This document shows, piece after piece, positions 27,742 to 38,689 of a stretch of DNA of 64,000 bases; position 1 is the stretch's first letter; every line of letters begins with the position of its first letter. Source of the stretch: Cyanobacteriota bacterium (GTDB lineage: Bacteria; Cyanobacteriota; Cyanobacteriia; PCC-6307; Cyanobiaceae); NCBI GenBank assembly GCA_046052125.1, contig JBJOMY010000001.1, forward strand, positions 288,001 through 352,000, in the 5' to 3' direction. A program made the translations under genes and the position numbers. Under the pieces are notes generated by a model that was given only the letters and a program-made list of their open reading frames with translations, ran no database searches and was not told the origin of the DNA.

Positions 27742-28035
27742 ATGCATGCCCTCACGCTGCCCACCTGGTGGATTCATGTGGCCTCGGTGATCGAGTGGGG
27801 CCTGGCGATGCTCGCGATTCAACGCTTCGGGCAACAGCGGCACGAGCCTGAATGGAATTGGCTGGCCCTAGCGATGCTGCCGGCCTTCGTGAGCGCCATG
27901 GCCGCCTGCACCTGGCACCTGTTTGACAACGCCGCAGAACTGCACGGTCTGGTGGTGCTCCAGGCCGCCTGCACCACTCTCGGCAACACCGCCATGGCAG
28001 GCGCCGCCTGGAATCTGGCCCGACGCAGCCCATGA
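27742..28035 (+). CDS. DUF2499 / Ycf49-like membrane protein
   Basis: MHALTLPTWWIHVASVIEW...SAMAACTWHLFDN. Confidence 0.85.
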   Translation: MHALTLPTWWIHVASVIEWGLAMLAIQRFGQQRHEPEWNWLALAMLPAFVSAMAACTWHLFDNAAELHGLVVLQAACTTLGNTAMAGAAWNLARRSP

Positions 28036-28361
28036 GTGCGCTTGATCCAGCGGGTTGGCTGCAGGCCCTGGGCGGGATTGATCCGGCTCCCTTCTTCGGG
28101 CTGTCGTTGTTGCCCTATCTGGCCTTTCTCTGGTGGAGCTGGAAATCGGGCCGCATGCCACGGCTGGCCCTCTGGGGCTTTGCCCTCACCCTGCTGTTTG
28201 TGGCCATCACCATCGCCGCAGCCCTGATCGCGGAGGGTGTGTACGGGAAGCAGCTGGCAGATGTAGATCCGCTCCATGGCGGAGCTGAACTCTTTCTCAC
28301 CCTCAGCAATGTGTTGGTGCTGCTCGGATTCAGCCGCGCCAAATCCGATGCGCAGCAGTGA
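28032..28361 (+). CDS. DUF3593 membrane protein
   Basis: FGLSLLPYLAFL...LADVDPLHGGAELFLTLSN. ATGA overlap with DUF2499. Confidence 0.85.
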   Translation: MSALDPAGWLQALGGIDPAPFFGLSLLPYLAFLWWSWKSGRMPRLALWGFALTLLFVAITIAAALIAEGVYGKQLADVDPLHGGAELFLTLSNVLVLLGFSRAKSDAQQ

Positions 28362-28429
28362 ATAAGTCTTAAGCGGCGCGTGTCAAAGCGCGGTGGCACT
28401 CGGAAGATGAAGCGTCGCCCGAGAATTCG

Positions 28430-28687
28430 ATGCTCGCCTCCCTGCTGGCTATCGCCCCCGCATCTGTGTCCTGGTCGCCCAAGGTGGGCCTGGTGATGAT
28501 CGTTGCCAACGTGATCGCCATCGGCATCGGCAAGGCCACCATCAAGTACCCCAACGAAGGCGCTCAGCTCCCCAACGCCGCGATGTTCGGCGGCATGAGC
28601 CACGCCTCCCTGCTGGCCACCACCTCCTTCGGCCACGTGCTCGGCATGGGCGCCATCCTCGGCCTGGCTGCCCGCGGCGTGATCTGA
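28430..28687 (+). CDS. psaK: Photosystem I subunit PsaK
   Basis: WSPKVGLVMIVANVIAI...LLATTSFGHVLGMGAILGL. Confidence 0.93.
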   Translation: MLASLLAIAPASVSWSPKVGLVMIVANVIAIGIGKATIKYPNEGAQLPNAAMFGGMSHASLLATTSFGHVLGMGAILGLAARGVI

Positions 28688-28694
28688 GCCCAGC

Positions 28695-29894
28695 TCAGCG
28701 CCAGCCCAGCAGATAGGGCAACGCTTTGAAGCCATAGCGCTCAAAGCGGTAATCGAACAGCAGCGCCGAGAGATCCTCGGCGCTGCGTTCCGCTTCCAAA
28801 CCGTGCAGCAACCGCTGCAACCGGTTGTCTCCCCGCTCCCCGTGCAGGCTCAGCCAGGTGCGCCGGGCTAGACGACCACTGAGTGACCAGCGCCAGCCCA
28901 GCCGCCGCCGCAGCTTGGGGGCATAGCTCCGCAGCAGTTGGGGCTTGCCGGCCAGAGCTTCAAGCAACAGCGGCGCGAGCACCTCACTGCTGGCCATCGC
29001 GTGGCGAATGCCTTCGCCGCCCAGCAAGTTGCCGGTGCTCACCGCATCGCCAAGGCCAAGCAAACATCCGCGCTGATGGGGCTCCCGCCGGCGGATCGTG
29101 CTCCGGATCAAGCCCCCATGGCGATCGAGCACCACCGCATCGCTGAGATCAAGCCGTTGCTGCAACCCGCGCAGCAGTCCGTGCAATGGCGGTTGAGCAC
29201 GCGCAGCGTCGTGCAAGCGGCACACGCCCAGCTTCAACTGGCCTGGCGCCATCGGAAACACCCAGCCGTAGCCCTGGGGCACCCAGCCGCTGCCGAGACT
29301 GAAGCTGAGCTGGTGCGCCCAGGCCTGCCAGCTGGCCTGCGGCACCTGCAGCAACCACTCCACCCCCTCACCACTCACCAGCTCTCCCGCCGCTGCGGGC
29401 GGCTCACCGATCAGCGCCCGCCGCTGGCCCGTGGCATCCACAAGCCAACGGCATCGAATCTCGCGCCGATCACCACCCGGGCCTCGCAGCGAGGCCATCG
29501 CACCACCAGCGGCGCCGGGCTGCCACCGCTGCACGCTCCAGCCGAGCTGCACCCTCACGCACTGGCCAACGGCTCGCTCCGCCAGCCACTGGCGCAGGCT
29601 GCCGAAATCCAGCACCGCCCCCAGAACGTGATCGGCCTGCCACTGGCGCCGCTGATCATCCGGGCCGAACAACTGCCAGCTGCGCCACTGCGCCGCCTGC
29701 ACCTGCGCAGGCAACTCGAACTCCTGCACGGCCTCCATCGGCAGGGCCGCACTACTGAACGCGCTGTGGCGCAGATCCAAGAGCGGATCCACCACCTGCA
29801 CCGAGGCCCCGGCCTGAGCGAGCAAGCGGGCCAGATGCAGCCCGGCCGGCCCGGCGCCGGCAATCAGAACATCAACGCTCTGCGGATCAGACAC
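28695..29894 (-). CDS. FAD-dependent oxidoreductase (geranylgeranyl-reductase-like)
   Basis: [27 protein letters not shown]...[13 protein letters not shown] at 29894 overlaps the dxs end. Confidence 0.82.
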   Translation of the reverse strand: MSDPQSVDVLIAGAGPAGLHLARLLAQAGASVQVVDPLLDLRHSAFSSAALPMEAVQEFELPAQVQAAQWRSWQLFGPDDQRRQWQADHVLGAVLDFGSLRQWLAERAVGQCVRVQLGWSVQRWQPGAAGGAMASLRGPGGDRREIRCRWLVDATGQRRALIGEPPAAAGELVSGEGVEWLLQVPQASWQAWAHQLSFSLGSGWVPQGYGWVFPMAPGQLKLGVCRLHDAARAQPPLHGLLRGLQQRLDLSDAVVLDRHGGLIRSTIRRREPHQRGCLLGLGDAVSTGNLLGGEGIRHAMASSEVLAPLLLEALAGKPQLLRSYAPKLRRRLGWRWSLSGRLARRTWLSLHGERGDNRLQRLLHGLEAERSAEDLSALLFDYRFERYGFKALPYLLGWR

Positions 29895-31794
29895 CCACAG
29901 CCTGACGGCGCAGGGAGCCGAAGCGCTTGAGGATGCTGTCCGCCATCTGGGTGGGGGTAAGGCCGAGGGCCTGCTTGCTCTGATCCGGGGTGGCGTGATC
30001 CACGAGCACATCGGGGATACCGATGCGGTGCACCGGCACGAGCACGTCGTGGTCGTTGAGGGTTTCCACCACGGCGGCACCGAAGCCACCGGCGAGGCAA
30101 CCTTCTTCCAGGGTCACCACCCGGCCGATGCGCTTGGCCATCGGCAGGATCAGCGCTTCATCCAGGGGCCGCAAGAAGCGGGCGTTGATCACGGCGGCCC
30201 GAACACCCTGCTCCTGGAGAAGTCCGGCGGTGGCCATGGCCGGATACACCATGGCGCCGTAGGCCACGATCAGCAGATCGTCGCCGTCGGCGAGCAGTTC
30301 GCCGCGCCCGATCTCCAGGGGCTCCCAGCCCTCTTCCATCAGGGCAGCGCCTTCGCCTTCGCCGCGGGGGATCCGCAGTGCGGTAGGGCCGTTGTGCTGC
30401 AGGCAGGTCACCATCATCCGCTGCAGTTCCGCCTCATCCTTCGGTGCCATCACCGTGAAGTTGGGCACGCAGCGCAGATAGCTGATGTCGTACTGACCCT
30501 GGTGCGTGGGGCCATCGGCGCCCACCACGCCAGCGCGATCGAGCACGAAAGTCACGGGCAGGTTCTGAATGCCAACGTCGTGGATCAGTTGGTCGTAAGC
30601 GCGCTGCAGGAAGGTGCTGTAGATCGCGCACACCGGCCGCAGGCCTTCGCAGGCCATACCGGCGGCCATGGTCACGGCGTGCTGCTCGGCGATGCCCACA
30701 TCGAAATATTGATGGGGCCGGGCCTTCTCCAGCAGATCGAGCCCCGTACCGGTGGCCATGGCGGCGGTGATGCCCACCACACGCGGGTTCTGCTCACACA
30801 GCTTCACCAACGTTTGGCCAAACACCTTGCTGTAGCTAGGGGGTTTGGGCTTGCTGGAGGGGTAGGCCTTACCGGTGGCCAGATCGAAGGCGCTCTGGGC
30901 GTGGTAGCCCACTTGGTCTTCCTCGGCGTAGGCATAGCCCTTGCCCTTGGTGGTGGCCACATGCACCAGCACCGGCCCCTCGTGGGCGTGGGCCTGCTGG
31001 AACACCTGGATCATCCCGGCCATGTCGTGGCCATCCACCGGGCCCATGTAGGTAAAGCCCAGCTCCTCAAACACGGCGCCCACCTTGGGCACCGCCAGGC
31101 GCTTCATGCTCTCTTTGAGGTTCTTCAGCTCGGTGGGCAGCTCACCGTGCATGAAGGGCAGATGCTTGATCGCCTCTTCGGCGTTGTCCTGCAGAAACTG
31201 CAGCGGCTTGCTGTGCCGCATGCGGTTGAGGTGGGTGCTCAGCGCGCCCACGGGCGGGCTGATCGACATGTCGTTGTCGTTGAGCACCACCAGCAGGCGG
31301 GTGTGCGGCAGGTGGCCGGCGTGGTTGATCGCCTCCAGGGCCATGCCGCCGGTGAGCGAGCCATCGCCGATCACCGCCACACATTTGAAGTCTTCACCGC
31401 GCTGATCGCGGGCCAGGGCCATGCCCAGGGCAGCTGAGATCGAGGTGCTGGCGTGGCCGGCGCCGAAATGGTCAAAGCTGCTCTCGCAGCGCTTCAAGTA
31501 ACCCGCCACGCCGTTTTGTTGGCGCAGCGTGTGGAAATCGTTGTAGCGGCCGGTGATCAGCTTGTGGGGATAGGCCTGGTGGCCCACATCCCACACCACC
31601 CGATCGTGGTCGAGATCGAGGGTTTGGTACAGCGCGAGGGTGAGTTCCACCACCCCGAGGCCGGGGCCGAGGTGTCCACCGCTGGTGCTCACCACTTCCA
31701 GATGCCGCTCACGGATCTGGCGGGCGATGCCCTCGAGCTCGGCGATGCTCAGGCCATGCAGCTGATTCGGATGCGTCAGCTCGCTGAGATGCAT
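29887..31794 (-). CDS. dxs: 1-deoxy-D-xylulose-5-phosphate synthase
   Basis: [53 protein letters not shown]. Confidence 0.97.
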   Translation of the reverse strand: MHLSELTHPNQLHGLSIAELEGIARQIRERHLEVVSTSGGHLGPGLGVVELTLALYQTLDLDHDRVVWDVGHQAYPHKLITGRYNDFHTLRQQNGVAGYLKRCESSFDHFGAGHASTSISAALGMALARDQRGEDFKCVAVIGDGSLTGGMALEAINHAGHLPHTRLLVVLNDNDMSISPPVGALSTHLNRMRHSKPLQFLQDNAEEAIKHLPFMHGELPTELKNLKESMKRLAVPKVGAVFEELGFTYMGPVDGHDMAGMIQVFQQAHAHEGPVLVHVATTKGKGYAYAEEDQVGYHAQSAFDLATGKAYPSSKPKPPSYSKVFGQTLVKLCEQNPRVVGITAAMATGTGLDLLEKARPHQYFDVGIAEQHAVTMAAGMACEGLRPVCAIYSTFLQRAYDQLIHDVGIQNLPVTFVLDRAGVVGADGPTHQGQYDISYLRCVPNFTVMAPKDEAELQRMMVTCLQHNGPTALRIPRGEGEGAALMEEGWEPLEIGRGELLADGDDLLIVAYGAMVYPAMATAGLLQEQGVRAAVINARFLRPLDEALILPMAKRIGRVVTLEEGCLAGGFGAAVVETLNDHDVLVPVHRIGIPDVLVDHATPDQSKQALGLTPTQMADSILKRFGSLRRQAVGV

Positions 31795-31912
31795 GCCCTG
31801 GGCCTTGATTGGGGTTCAGCCTACGGTCTCAACTCAGGCCGTTGGTGCCTCCTGGCACGAATCGCGGATCGATGTCAGAGGCTTGTCACACTGGGGAGGT
31901 GAGTCAGGGGCG

Positions 31913-33484
31913 ATGAGCGACACCAACACCGTGCCCATGCTGCTGCGCATCCTGCGGGCCCGCGTGTACGACGTGGCGATCGAATCGCCGCTCGACCCCG
32001 CCCCCAACCTCTCGCGGCGCCTCAACAACACGGTGCTGCTCAAGCGAGAAGACCTGCAGCCGGTGTTCAGCTTCAAGCTGCGCGGCGCCTACAACAAGAT
32101 GGCGGGCCTCAGCCGCGAGGAGCTGGAGCGCGGCGTGATCGCCGCCAGCGCCGGCAACCACGCCCAGGGCGTGGCCCTTGGTGCCCAGAAACTCGGCTGC
32201 CGCGCCGTGATCGTGATGCCGGTCACCACACCGGAGATGAAGGTGCGGGCCGTTGCCGCCCGCGGGGCGGAGGTGGTGCTCCATGGCGACAACTACGACG
32301 CCGCCTGCAGCGAGGCCTACCGGCTGGCGGCTGAGCGCGGCCTCACCTTTATTCATCCCTTTGACGACCCGGATGTGATCGCCGGCCAGGGCACCATCGC
32401 CCTGGAAATCCTGCGCCAATGCTCCGAGCCGCCCGATGCCATCTACGTGGCCGTGGGCGGCGGCGGCCTGATCGCCGGCATCGCCTCCTATGTGAAATCC
32501 CTCTGGCCCCAGGTGGAAGTAATCGGGGTGGAGCCGGTGGATGCCGATGCGATGACACGCTCGCTGGCCCTCGGCGAGCGGGTGAAGCTCGAGCAGGTGG
32601 GCCTGTTCGCCGATGGCGTGGCCGTGCGGGAGGTGGGCGAGCAAACCTTTGAGCTGGCCCGACGCCATGTGGACGCGATGGTGACGGTGGACACCGATGC
32701 CATCTGCGCAGCCATCAAAGACGTGTTCGAAGACACGCGTTCGATCCTTGAGCCCGCCGGCGCCCTGGCCGTGGCTGGCATGAAGGCGGATGTGGCACGC
32801 CGCAACCTGAGCGGCCGCACCCTGGTGGCGGTGGCCTGCGGCGCCAACATGAATTTCGATCGGCTGCGCTTCGTGGCCGAACGCACCGAGATCAGCGAAG
32901 ACCGCGAGGCGATGCTGGCGGTGGAGATCCCGGAGCGGGCCGGCAGCCTCAGGGAGTTCTGCACGCTGCTCGGCGATCGCAACCTCACTGAATTCAGCTA
33001 CCGGCTCGCCGATCCTTCCCGCGCCCACATCTTTGTGGGGGTGCAAACCAGCGGCAGCCGCGATGAACAGGAGCTGATCGATCAGCTCAATGCCGCCGGC
33101 TTCCCCTGCCTCGATCTCTCGAACGACGAGCTCTCAAAGCTGCACCTGCGCCACATGGTTGGCGGGCGCATGCCGGCAGCCGCGGCTGAAGCCTGCAGCC
33201 ACACCCGTGAACTGCTTTATCGCTTCGAGTTTCCGGAGCGGCCGGGGGCGCTGATGCGCTTCCTCAGCAGCCTGCATCCCAACTGGAACATCAGCATCTT
33301 TCACTACCGCAACCACGGCGCCGACGTGGGCCGCATCGTGGTGGGCGTGCAGGTGCCGCCTGAGGAACTCGGGGAATGGCAGAGCTTCCTCGATGGCCTC
33401 GGCTATCAATACGTGGACGAAACCGACAACCCGGCCTATCGCCTCTTCCTGGGCGAGGTGGCCGGCGCCGTGGGGGTGGGATAA
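31913..33484 (+). CDS. ilvA: Threonine ammonia-lyase, biosynthetic
   Basis: KREDLQPVFSFKLRGA, SAGNHAQG, two regulatory ACT-like domains (PERAGS, FPERPGAL). Confidence 0.96.
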   Translation: MSDTNTVPMLLRILRARVYDVAIESPLDPAPNLSRRLNNTVLLKREDLQPVFSFKLRGAYNKMAGLSREELERGVIAASAGNHAQGVALGAQKLGCRAVIVMPVTTPEMKVRAVAARGAEVVLHGDNYDAACSEAYRLAAERGLTFIHPFDDPDVIAGQGTIALEILRQCSEPPDAIYVAVGGGGLIAGIASYVKSLWPQVEVIGVEPVDADAMTRSLALGERVKLEQVGLFADGVAVREVGEQTFELARRHVDAMVTVDTDAICAAIKDVFEDTRSILEPAGALAVAGMKADVARRNLSGRTLVAVACGANMNFDRLRFVAERTEISEDREAMLAVEIPERAGSLREFCTLLGDRNLTEFSYRLADPSRAHIFVGVQTSGSRDEQELIDQLNAAGFPCLDLSNDELSKLHLRHMVGGRMPAAAAEACSHTRELLYRFEFPERPGALMRFLSSLHPNWNISIFHYRNHGADVGRIVVGVQVPPEELGEWQSFLDGLGYQYVDETDNPAYRLFLGEVAGAVGVG

Positions 33485-33505
33485 CTTGCGCCTGAAGCTG
33501 GGGAC

Positions 33506-34144
33506 GTGATGGACGACACAACCCAGAACGCGTCGATCGAAGAGGAGCTCCAGCGAGAGCCCCCCGCAGCGGAGCTGTCGCTGCCAGCCAGGCTCGAGGC
33601 GATCCTCTATTTGAAGGGTCGCTCCATGACCCTTGGCGAGCTGGCCGAGATCAGCAGCGTGAGCCGTGAGCAGGTAGAGCTGGGCCTGATCACCCTGATG
33701 GCCGATTACGCCCACCGCGATACCGCCCTCGAAATCCGCCAGGAAGGCCAGCGCTACAGCCTGCAGCTGCGCGATGGCCTCGGCGAACTGGTGCAGAACC
33801 TGCTGCCGGTGGATCTCTCCACCGCCGCCCTGCGCACCCTGGCCACCATCGCCCTGAAGAAACGGATCCTGCAATCGGATCTGGTGGAGCTGCGCGGCTC
33901 CGGCGCCTACGACCACATCAAGGAACTGCTGGCCCAGAACTTCATCGAGCGCAAACGCCAGAGCGAGGGCCGCTCCTACTGGCTCACCCTGAGCGAGAAG
34001 TTCCACCGCACCTTCTCGATCAAAACCGAGGAGCTCAAACCGCGCCGCGCCGCCGCAGCCGAACCGGCTGTCGAACCGTTGCCCGAGCCAGTGCTCACCA
34101 GCAGCGCTGCGCTCAGCGACGACGACTGGGAGCAAGCGGCCTGA
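33506..34144 (+). CDS. scpB: SMC-Scp complex subunit ScpB
   Basis: LEAILY...LSTAALRTLATIA...ELRGSGAYDHIKEL. Confidence 0.88.
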   Translation: MMDDTTQNASIEEELQREPPAAELSLPARLEAILYLKGRSMTLGELAEISSVSREQVELGLITLMADYAHRDTALEIRQEGQRYSLQLRDGLGELVQNLLPVDLSTAALRTLATIALKKRILQSDLVELRGSGAYDHIKELLAQNFIERKRQSEGRSYWLTLSEKFHRTFSIKTEELKPRRAAAAEPAVEPLPEPVLTSSAALSDDDWEQAA

Positions 34145-34196
34145 AGCGCCAGGCTCCGGCACCGCTCCATAAACTCACTGCAAGCAGAGATCTCAC

Positions 34197-34486
34197 ATGT
34201 CCCCACTGGTTGGCGATCTGATCGGCGTTCTGCGCAGACCATCTCGATCTACACGCTGATCCTGCTGGTGCGGGTGCTGCTCAGCTGGTTCCCCAATCTC
34301 GACTGGGGCAATCCGGTGCTCTCCACCGTGAGCGCCGTAACCGATCCTTATCTCAACGCCTTCCGCGGCCTGATCCCGCCCCTGGGGGGCCTGGATCTCT
34401 CTGCGATCATCGCCTTCCTCGCCCTGCAGCTGATCCAGTCGCTGCTGGAGCAGAGCCGCGGCTTCTTCTATCAGGGCATCTACTGA
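34197..34486 (+). CDS. YggT/YlmG-family membrane protein with an apparent 1-nt frameshift
   Basis: RVLLSWFPN..PVL..VTDPYLNAFRGLIPPLGGLDLS. The ATG at 34197 (MSPLVGDLIGVL) is out of frame by one base near 34233. Confidence 0.8.
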
Positions 34487-34492
34487 ACAGCT

Positions 34493-34990
34493 CTAAGGAG
34501 CGTCCGCGACGGCCTGCTCCAGCGGAAGCAGGTCATCGAACTCACCAGCCCGGGTGCGCACAGGGGCGCTGAAGCCGCGCGCTTTCACGTTGGAGAAGGT
34601 GAACGGCCCAGGTGTGCCAGCGGGCACCGCCAGCCTCAGAGCAAAGCTCGAATCACCGGGGGGCACATCGCCGATCGATCCCACCCGCGCACGGTTCTGC
34701 AACACCGGCTCGCCGCTGGCATCCAGGATCTGAGCGAACACATCGGTATCCACCACGGGCTTACGGCCTGGATTGCTCACCGTGCCGCGCAGCACAAAGC
34801 AGCTGGCTCCGCTGGGGCGGCGCAGCTGAGGCTGAGCGCCGATGTCGTCGCTGGGGCAGGGATCGAGGCTCACCTCGCTCACGCTGAGGTTGGCTGCCAG
34901 GGCAGGAGCTGCCCAAGGGCCCGCGAGCACCAGGCCCAGCACCAGGGCTGCAGCGAACAGCGAGCGGAGTGGCCGGAGCAGCACGGGCAT
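34493..34990 (-). CDS. Conserved hypothetical exported protein
   Basis: Signal peptide ending APALA, followed by a beta-rich domain. Confidence 0.65.
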   Translation of the reverse strand: MPVLLRPLRSLFAAALVLGLVLAGPWAAPALAANLSVSEVSLDPCPSDDIGAQPQLRRPSGASCFVLRGTVSNPGRKPVVDTDVFAQILDASGEPVLQNRARVGSIGDVPPGDSSFALRLAVPAGTPGPFTFSNVKARGFSAPVRTRAGEFDDLLPLEQAVADAP

Positions 34991-35018
34991 CACAACAACG
35001 GATCCGGCAGCACAGCGC

Positions 35019-35348
35019 TCAGCGATGGTCACCGCTGCCTGAGATCACGTTACGGGCGGCGCGGCTGGCCAACTTGTTGAGGTTGGCCTCGGCGATCTCC
35101 GAAAGCTCAAAGCCCAGTTCGCTGGAGAGCTGGGCCACGTACCAGAGCACATCGCCCAGCTCCAGCTTCAGCGCCTCGCGCACCTCCGGCGAAAAGGTGC
35201 CGCCCTGATCACGCAGCACCTTCTTCACCTTGTCGGCCACCTCACCGGCCTCTCCGCAGAGGCCGAGGGTGGGATAAATCGGGTTGGCGCCCACATCCGG
35301 GTAGCGGGCCGTGCTGCGTGCACCCTGCTGATAGACGTTGAGATCCAT
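35019..35348 (-). CDS. MazG-like NTP pyrophosphohydrolase
   Basis: MDLNVYQ..TARYP..LGLCGEAGEVADKVKK..ELGDVLWY..NLNKL. Confidence 0.9.
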   Translation of the reverse strand: MDLNVYQQGARSTARYPDVGANPIYPTLGLCGEAGEVADKVKKVLRDQGGTFSPEVREALKLELGDVLWYVAQLSSELGFELSEIAEANLNKLASRAARNVISGSGDHR

Positions 35349-35408
35349 TGGCAGAGCAGGGCTGGCGGGCTCCGATGATAGGGTCGGCCTCAACTTTGGC
35401 CCTGCCGA

Positions 35409-36866
35409 ATGGCCCTGCCCGATCTCACGCGTCGCACCAAGATCGTGGCCACCATCGGCCCTGCTACCGAATCTCCCGAACAGCTGCGTCTGCTGATCGA
35501 AGCCGGTGCCACCACGTTCCGGCTGAATTTCTCCCACGGCGACCACAGCGAGCACGCCGCCCGCATCCGCACCATCCGCCAGGTGGCCGAGGAGATGCGC
35601 GTGCACATCGGCATCCTCCAAGACCTCCAGGGCCCCAAGATCCGCCTCGGCCGCTTCAGCGGGGGCCCGATCACCGTGGCCAAGGGTGATGCCTTCACCC
35701 TCACCTCCCGGGATGTGGCCTGCACCCAGGAGATCGCCACCGTCACCTACGACAAGCTGGCCGATGAAGTGGTGGCCGGCAGCCGCATCCTTCTCGATGA
35801 CGGCCGCGTGGAAATGGTGGTGGATCGCGTCGATAAGAGCGATCAAACCCTCTATTGCACCGTCACCGTGGGCGGGGTGCTCTCCAACAACAAAGGGGTG
35901 AATTTCCCCGATGTGCAGCTCTCGATCCGCGCCCTCACCGACAAGGACCGCACCGATCTGGCCTTCGGCCTGCAGCAGGGCGTGGATTGGGTGGCCCTCA
36001 GCTTTGTGCGCAATCCCTCCGACATGGAGGAGATCAAGGCCCTGATCGCCTCCCATGGCCACAACACCCCGGTGGTGGCCAAGATCGAGAAATTCGAAGC
36101 GATCGATCAGATCGACGCGATCCTGCCCCTCTGCGATGGGGTGATGGTGGCCCGTGGCGACCTGGGTGTGGAGATGCCGGCGGAGGAAGTGCCGCTGCTG
36201 CAGAAGGAGCTGATCCGCAAGTGCAACGGCCTCGGCATCCCGGTGATCACCGCCACCCAGATGCTCGATTCGATGGTGAGTTGCCCGCGCCCCACCCGCG
36301 CTGAGGTGAGCGATGTGGCCAACGCCATCCTCGATGGCACCGATGCCGTGATGCTCTCCAACGAGAGCGCCGTGGGCGACTTCCCCGTGGAAGCGGTGGC
36401 CACCATGAGCCAGATCGCCCGGCGCATCGAGCGGGATTACCCCCGCCGCGAAAACGACAGCCAGCTGGCCTCCACCATCCCCAACGCCATCAGCCACGCG
36501 GTGAGTTCCATCGCCCGTCAGCTCGAAGCGGCGGCGATCCTCCCCCTCACCAAGAGCGGCGCCACAGCGCGCAACGTGAGCAAGTTCCGGCCCAGCACAC
36601 CGATCCTGGCGATCACCAGCGAGAAGAAGGTGGCCTCCCAGCTGCAACTCGTGTGGGGCGTGCACCCGTTGCTAGTCGTGGATGCCGACAGCGCCACCGC
36701 CAGCTTCAACCGCGCCATGGAGATGGCCACCGATGAAGCGCTGTTGCGCGAGGGCGATCTGGTGATCCAAACCGCCGGCACCGTGGCCGATGTGAGCGGC
36801 TCCACCGACCTGGTGAAGGTGAGCATCGTGGGCAAGGGCACGGTGCTCGATCCCACCATCATTTGA
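35409..36866 (+). CDS. pyk: Pyruvate kinase
   Basis: RRTKIVATIGP, RLNFSHG, DLQGPKIR, MVARGDLG, ATQMLDSM, PTRAEVSDVANA. Confidence 0.97.
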   Translation: MALPDLTRRTKIVATIGPATESPEQLRLLIEAGATTFRLNFSHGDHSEHAARIRTIRQVAEEMRVHIGILQDLQGPKIRLGRFSGGPITVAKGDAFTLTSRDVACTQEIATVTYDKLADEVVAGSRILLDDGRVEMVVDRVDKSDQTLYCTVTVGGVLSNNKGVNFPDVQLSIRALTDKDRTDLAFGLQQGVDWVALSFVRNPSDMEEIKALIASHGHNTPVVAKIEKFEAIDQIDAILPLCDGVMVARGDLGVEMPAEEVPLLQKELIRKCNGLGIPVITATQMLDSMVSCPRPTRAEVSDVANAILDGTDAVMLSNESAVGDFPVEAVATMSQIARRIERDYPRRENDSQLASTIPNAISHAVSSIARQLEAAAILPLTKSGATARNVSKFRPSTPILAITSEKKVASQLQLVWGVHPLLVVDADSATASFNRAMEMATDEALLREGDLVIQTAGTVADVSGSTDLVKVSIVGKGTVLDPTII

Positions 36867-36908
36867 TCCAGGCCTGCAGCATGTAGGCCCGCCCATTCGC
36901 CAGAGGCC

Positions 36909-38138
36909 ATGGCCCTAAAACTCGCCATGGGTGAAACCGTGGGGATGGCTTTGGCCACCCTGCGGGCCAACCGCCTGAGATCACTGCTCACGATGCTGGG
37001 CATCGTGATCGGCAATGCCTCGGTGATCACCCTAGTGGGGGTGGGTCGCGGCGCCCAAAACCTGGCGGAGGGTCAGCTCAACACCCTCGGCGCCAACGTG
37101 CTGTTTGTGGTGCCCGGCAACAACGACAGCCGCCGCCAGGGCATCGACTTTCCGAAAACCCTGGTGCTCGAGGACGCCGAAGCGATCGCCGAGCAGGTGC
37201 CGAGCGTGAAACGGGTGGTGCCCCAGATCACCTTGAGCGCGGTGCTGCAGGCCGGGGCCAAGAGTTCAAGCGCCACGGTGTCGGGAATCACGCCTGAATT
37301 CCTGAGCGTGCGCCGCTTTGAGGTGGCCCAGGGGCGCTTCATCGATCAGCGCGACCTCGAGGGCGCCCGCAACGTGGTGGTGATCGGCCCCGACCTGCGC
37401 GAAAAACTGCTGCCCCTGGGCTCCGCCATCGGCAAGCAACTGCGCATTCGCGATCAGAGCTTTGAGGTGATCGGTGTGATGGCGCCGAAAGGCGCGGTGT
37501 TCGGTCAGAACCAGGACGAGGCCGCCTACATCCCGCTCTCCACCATGGTGAGCAAGCTGTCGGGCCGGGATCCCACCTATGGGGTGAGCCTCAACTTCAT
37601 CAGCGTGGAAGCGCGGGATGAAGCGAGCACCAGCGCCGCCAAATTCCAGATCACCAACCTGCTGCGCCAGCGGCACAACATCCTTCGGGAAGACGATTTC
37701 GCCGTGCGCTCTCAAAAGGATGCGCTTTCCATCGTGGGTACGATCACCGGCGGTCTCACGCTGATGCTCGGGGCGATCGGCGCCATCTCCCTGCTGGTGG
37801 GGGGCATCGGGATCATGAACATCATGTTGGTGTCGGTGAGTGAGCGCACCTCCGAGATCGGCCTGCGCAAAGCGATCGGCGCCCGCAGCAGCGATGTGCT
37901 CGCTCAGTTCCTGGTGGAAGCGCTGGTGCTCTCCAGCCTGGGGGGCGTGATCGGCAGCGCCCTCGGCCTCTCAGCCGTTACAGCCGTGGCTGCCTTCACG
38001 CCGCTCCCCGCCGCGATCGGTGGCGTGAGCGTGCTGATCACGGTGGGGCTGTCCGGAACGATCGGCCTGGTGTTCGGCGTGCTGCCAGCCCGGCGCGCCG
38101 CGCGGCTCGATCCGATCACGGCCCTGCGCAGCCTGTAA
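36909..38138 (+). CDS. MacB/FtsX-family ABC transporter permease
   Basis: RSLLTMLGIVIG, GGIGIMNIMLVSVSERTSEIGLRKAIGA, PARRAARLDPI. Confidence 0.92.
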   Translation: MALKLAMGETVGMALATLRANRLRSLLTMLGIVIGNASVITLVGVGRGAQNLAEGQLNTLGANVLFVVPGNNDSRRQGIDFPKTLVLEDAEAIAEQVPSVKRVVPQITLSAVLQAGAKSSSATVSGITPEFLSVRRFEVAQGRFIDQRDLEGARNVVVIGPDLREKLLPLGSAIGKQLRIRDQSFEVIGVMAPKGAVFGQNQDEAAYIPLSTMVSKLSGRDPTYGVSLNFISVEARDEASTSAAKFQITNLLRQRHNILREDDFAVRSQKDALSIVGTITGGLTLMLGAIGAISLLVGGIGIMNIMLVSVSERTSEIGLRKAIGARSSDVLAQFLVEALVLSSLGGVIGSALGLSAVTAVAAFTPLPAAIGGVSVLITVGLSGTIGLVFGVLPARRAARLDPITALRSL

Positions 38139-38311
38139 GCCCGGCGCCGTCTCTGAACCCTTGGGCCGGGGTCGCTTCAGCCACCGAAATAGCGGCGCCC
38201 AAAAAGAAAGAAAAGCCGAAGAAAGAAAAAGCGTCGCCAAACAGCATCAACTGCGACCATTCGCGCGGCCGCTGGATGGCTTGATAAGGCTTCGATTCGG
38301 CAAGCCTTCCC

Positions 38312-38605
38312 TTGGCGCAGCTCACCTGTGGCTATCGCAACAGCAGCGATCGGATGGTGATCGTGCGTTGCATCGGGCCCCAAGAGTTCTTTCTGGAGCG
38401 CGTGGTGTTCCCGTTTGAGCTGCTGAGTTTCCTGGCACCGGCCGAGAGCGTGGTGCAGATCTGGACCCATGGCCTCGGCGGACCGGAGCTGCGCGAAACC
38501 ATCAAGGTGGAGGAGCTCGGCGTGGAAGCAGCTGATCTTCTGGAGGCTCGCCAGCCAATCAGCAGCATTGGTGAAGCGGCTTCGAACTGGCAGCAGGCCT
38601 CCTGA
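38312..38605 (+). CDS. DUF1830-like protein
   Basis: CGYRNSSDRMVIVRC...FLERVVFPFE. Confidence 0.75.
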   Translation: MAQLTCGYRNSSDRMVIVRCIGPQEFFLERVVFPFELLSFLAPAESVVQIWTHGLGGPELRETIKVEELGVEAADLLEARQPISSIGEAASNWQQAS

Positions 38606-38689
38606 ATGAGAGAGCGATTGCCCCAACAATCCCGATCCTGCGGGGGCTCGCTTTACACTTGTTAAACATCAAGACCTACTTGAGCGGCC

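Noticed and set aside
35019..36665. 548-aa ORF as a MazG fusion, and other long antisense ORFs (29995..31437, 38669..40432, 47059..48138, 31904..33046)
   Set aside because: Shadow frames opposite pyk, dxs, ftsH, purK and ilvA caused by high GC3. Only the last 109 codons of this ORF are the real MazG-like gene.
38200..38232. Purine-rich repeat AAGAAAGAAAA x2 upstream of DUF1830
   Set aside because: Low-complexity intergenic sequence with only two copies and no spacer structure.
38652..38669. HLR1/RpaB-like direct repeat upstream of ftsH (TTTACACTTGTTAAACA)
   Set aside because: Spacing and the second half-site deviate from consensus; it may simply be a -10 element (TACACT).
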